NCBI RefSeq assembly: GCF_032444005.1 | Contig: NC_091282.1 | Span: 111,476,001 to 111,540,000 of the forward strand | Length of the DNA: 64,000 nt | Source: Ranitomeya imitator | Taxonomy: Eukaryota | Direction: 5' to 3' | Shown here: one piece after another, positions 61,848-64,000 of the stretch | How the letters are laid out: each line of letters opens with the position of its first letter | Numbering within the stretch: the stretch's first letter is position 1 | The notes under the pieces: model-generated | Databases searched by the model: none | What the model saw: only the letters and a program-made list of their open reading frames with translations | What the model was told of the DNA's origin: nothing | Made by a program: the position numbers and the translations under genes

Positions 61848-64000
61848 ATGGACGTCCAGAGTTTAGCTTCCAGCTTGAATAATCTTGCTGCTAAGGTTCA
61901 AAATATACAAGATTTTGTTGTACATGCTCCTATGTCTGAACCTAGAATTCCTATTCCAGAGTTCTTTGCTGGAGATAGATCTAGTTTTCTGAATTTTAGG
62001 AACAATTGCAAGCTGTTCCTTTCTTTGAAATCTCGCTCTTCTGGAGACCCTGCTCGGCAGGTTAAGATTATTATATCTTTCCTGCGGGGTGACCCTCAAA
62101 ATTGGGCATTTGCATTGGCACCAGGGGATCCTGCGTTGCTTAATGTGGATGCGTTTTTTCTGGCATTGGGTTTGCTCTATGAGGAACCTAACCAAGAGAT
62201 TCAGGCTGAAAAAGCTTTATTAGCTCTCTCTCAGGGGCAAGATGAAGCAGAAATATATTGTCAAAAATTTCGGAAATGGTCAGTGCTTACTCAGTGGAAT
62301 GAGTGCGCCCTGGCTGCAAACTTCAGAGATGGCCTTTCTGAGGCCATTAAAGATGTTATGGTGGGGTTCCCTGCGCCTACGGGTCTGAATGAGTCTATGA
62401 CTATGGCTATTCAGATTGATCGGCGTTTACGGGAGCGCAAACCTGTGCACCATTTGGCGGTGTCTTCTGAACAGGCACTTGAGACAATGCAATGTGATAG
62501 AGTTCAGTCTAGAAGTGAACGGCAAAACTATAGGCGGAAAAATGGGTTGTGCTTTTATTGTGGTGATTCAGCTCATGTTATATCAGCATGCTCTAAACGC
62601 ACAAAAAAGGTTGATAAGTCTGTTGCCATTAGTACTTTACAGTCTAAGTTCATTCTGTCTGTGACTCTGATTTGCTCATTATCATCCATTTCCGTCGATG
62701 CCTATGTAGATTCAGGCGCTGCCCTGAGTCTTATGGATTGGTCATTTGCCAAGCGATGTGGGTTTAGTCTTGAGCCTCCGGAAGTCCCTATTCCTTTGAA
62801 GGGAATTGACTCTACACCTTTAGCTATGAATAAACCTCAGTACTGGACACAAGTGACCATGCGTATGACTCCCGTTCATCAGGAGGTGATTCGCTTCCTG
62901 GTATTGTATAATTTACATGATGTTCTAGTACTTGGTCTGCCATGGTTACAAACTCATAATCCAGTCCTTGACTGGAAAACAATGTCTGTGTTAAGCTGGG
63001 GATGTCAGGGGGTTCATGATGATGCACCTCCGATTTCTATCGCTTCATCTACTCCTTCTGAGGTTCCTGTATTTTTGTCTGATTATCGGGATGTTTTTGA
63101 GGAGCCTAAGCTCAGTTCGCTTCCTCCTCACAGGGATTGCGATTGTGCTATAGATTTAATTCCTGGTAGTAAATTTCCTAAAGGTCGTTTGTTCAATCTG
63201 TCAGTGCCAGAGCATACTGCTATGCGGGATTATGTTAAGGAGTCCTTGGAAAGGGGACATATCCGTCCATCTTCGTCCCCTTTGGGAGCAGGTTTTTTTT
63301 TCGTGGCCAAAAAAGATGGGTCCTTGAGGCCTTGTATAGATTATCGTCTTTTGAATAAGATTACCGTAAAATATCAGTATCCTTTGCCTTTGTTGACTGA
63401 TTTGTTTGCTCGCATTAAGGGGGCTATATGGTTCACTAAGATTGATCTTCGGGGTGCGTATAATCTTATACGAATAAAGCAAGGTGATGAGTGGAAAACC
63501 GCATTTAATACGCCTGAGGGCCATTTTGAGTATTTGGTAATGCCTTTCGGACTTTCTAATGCTCCTTCAGTCTTCCAGTCCTTTATGCACGATATTTTCC
63601 GTGAATATCTGGATAAATTTATGATTGTGTATTTGGATGATATTTTGGTTTTTTCTGATGACTGGGAGTCTCATGTTCAGCAGGTCAGGAGGGTGTTTCA
63701 GGTCCTGCGGGCTAATTCTTTGTTTGTAAAGGGCTCAAAGTGTCTCTTTGGAGTCCAGAAGATTTCTTTCTTGGGGTATATTTTTTCCCCTTCTACTATT
63801 GAGATGGATCCCGTCAAGGTTCGTTCTATTTGTGACTGGACGCAGCCTGCATCTCTTAAGAGTCTGCAGAAGTTCTTGGGCTTTGCTAATTTCTATCGTC
63901 GTTTTATAATTAATTTTTCTAGTGTTGTTAAGCCTTTGACGGATTTGACTAAGAAGGGTGCTGATGTTGCTGATTGGTCTCCTGCGGCTGTGGAGGCCTT
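61848..64000 (+). CDS. Gypsy gag-pol polyprotein (Gag, CCHC knuckle, protease, RT), one open frame running off the window
   Basis: Hand translation gives 717 codons with no stop: MDVQSLAS..., CFYCGDSAHVISAC, VDSGA, LPPHR, SSPLGAGFFFV.KKDGSLRPCIDYR, KIDLRGAY, MPFGLSNAP, YLDDIL. Confidence 0.96.
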   Translation, partial: MDVQSLASSLNNLAAKVQNIQDFVVHAPMSEPRIPIPEFFAGDRSSFLNFRNNCKLFLSLKSRSSGDPARQVKIIISFLRGDPQNWAFALAPGDPALLNVDAFFLALGLLYEEPNQEIQAEKALLALSQGQDEAEIYCQKFRKWSVLTQWNECALAANFRDGLSEAIKDVMVGFPAPTGLNESMTMAIQIDRRLRERKPVHHLAVSSEQALETMQCDRVQSRSERQNYRRKNGLCFYCGDSAHVISACSKRTKKVDKSVAISTLQSKFILSVTLICSLSSISVDAYVDSGAALSLMDWSFAKRCGFSLEPPEVPIPLKGIDSTPLAMNKPQYWTQVTMRMTPVHQEVIRFLVLYNLHDVLVLGLPWLQTHNPVLDWKTMSVLSWGCQGVHDDAPPISIASSTPSEVPVFLSDYRDVFEEPKLSSLPPHRDCDCAIDLIPGSKFPKGRLFNLSVPEHTAMRDYVKESLERGHIRPSSSPLGAGFFFVAKKDGSLRPCIDYRLLNKITVKYQYPLPLLTDLFARIKGAIWFTKIDLRGAYNLIRIKQGDEWKTAFNTPEGHFEYLVMPFGLSNAPSVFQSFMHDIFREYLDKFMIVYLDDILVFSDDWESHVQQVRRVFQVLRANSLFVKGSKCLFGVQKISFLGYIFSPSTIEMDPVKVRSICDWTQPASLKSLQKFLGFANFYRRFIINFSSVVKPLTDLTKKGADVADWSPAAVEA

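Overview
Eukaryotic, repeat-saturated, non-genic or intronic DNA, most likely from a frog. This is inferred from the mix of CR1 with an ORF1 esterase, L2, Rex1, sushi-type Gypsy, Tc1, hAT, piggyBac-like, T2/Kolobok-like, Harbinger-like MITEs and Helitron-N. I could not confidently identify a host protein-coding gene; most ORFs in the supplied track are TE fragments or artefacts of tandem repeats. Main parts: (i) three copies of a multi-kb TTAA/CCCC-ended non-autonomous element built of ~390-bp subrepeats, two of which carry a telomere-like (CCCTAA)n array; (ii) many MITEs with checkable TSDs; (iii) five solo/relic LTRs; (iv) two L2 copies, a full-length decayed CR1 inside a decayed hAT transposase, and Tc1 relics; (v) Helitron-N copies, two of them head-to-tail; (vi) a young sushi-type Gypsy whose fused gag-pol ORF is open from 61848 to the window end (missing from the ORF track) and which has a Tf1-like self-priming PBS. 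The most unusual part is 24.8-36 kb, with three non-coding, Penelope/retrozyme-like structures: a fold-back element containing a degenerate hammerhead ribozyme, a 437-bp 1.3-mer, and a 423-bp five-unit array with an inverted head and an apparent TSD.
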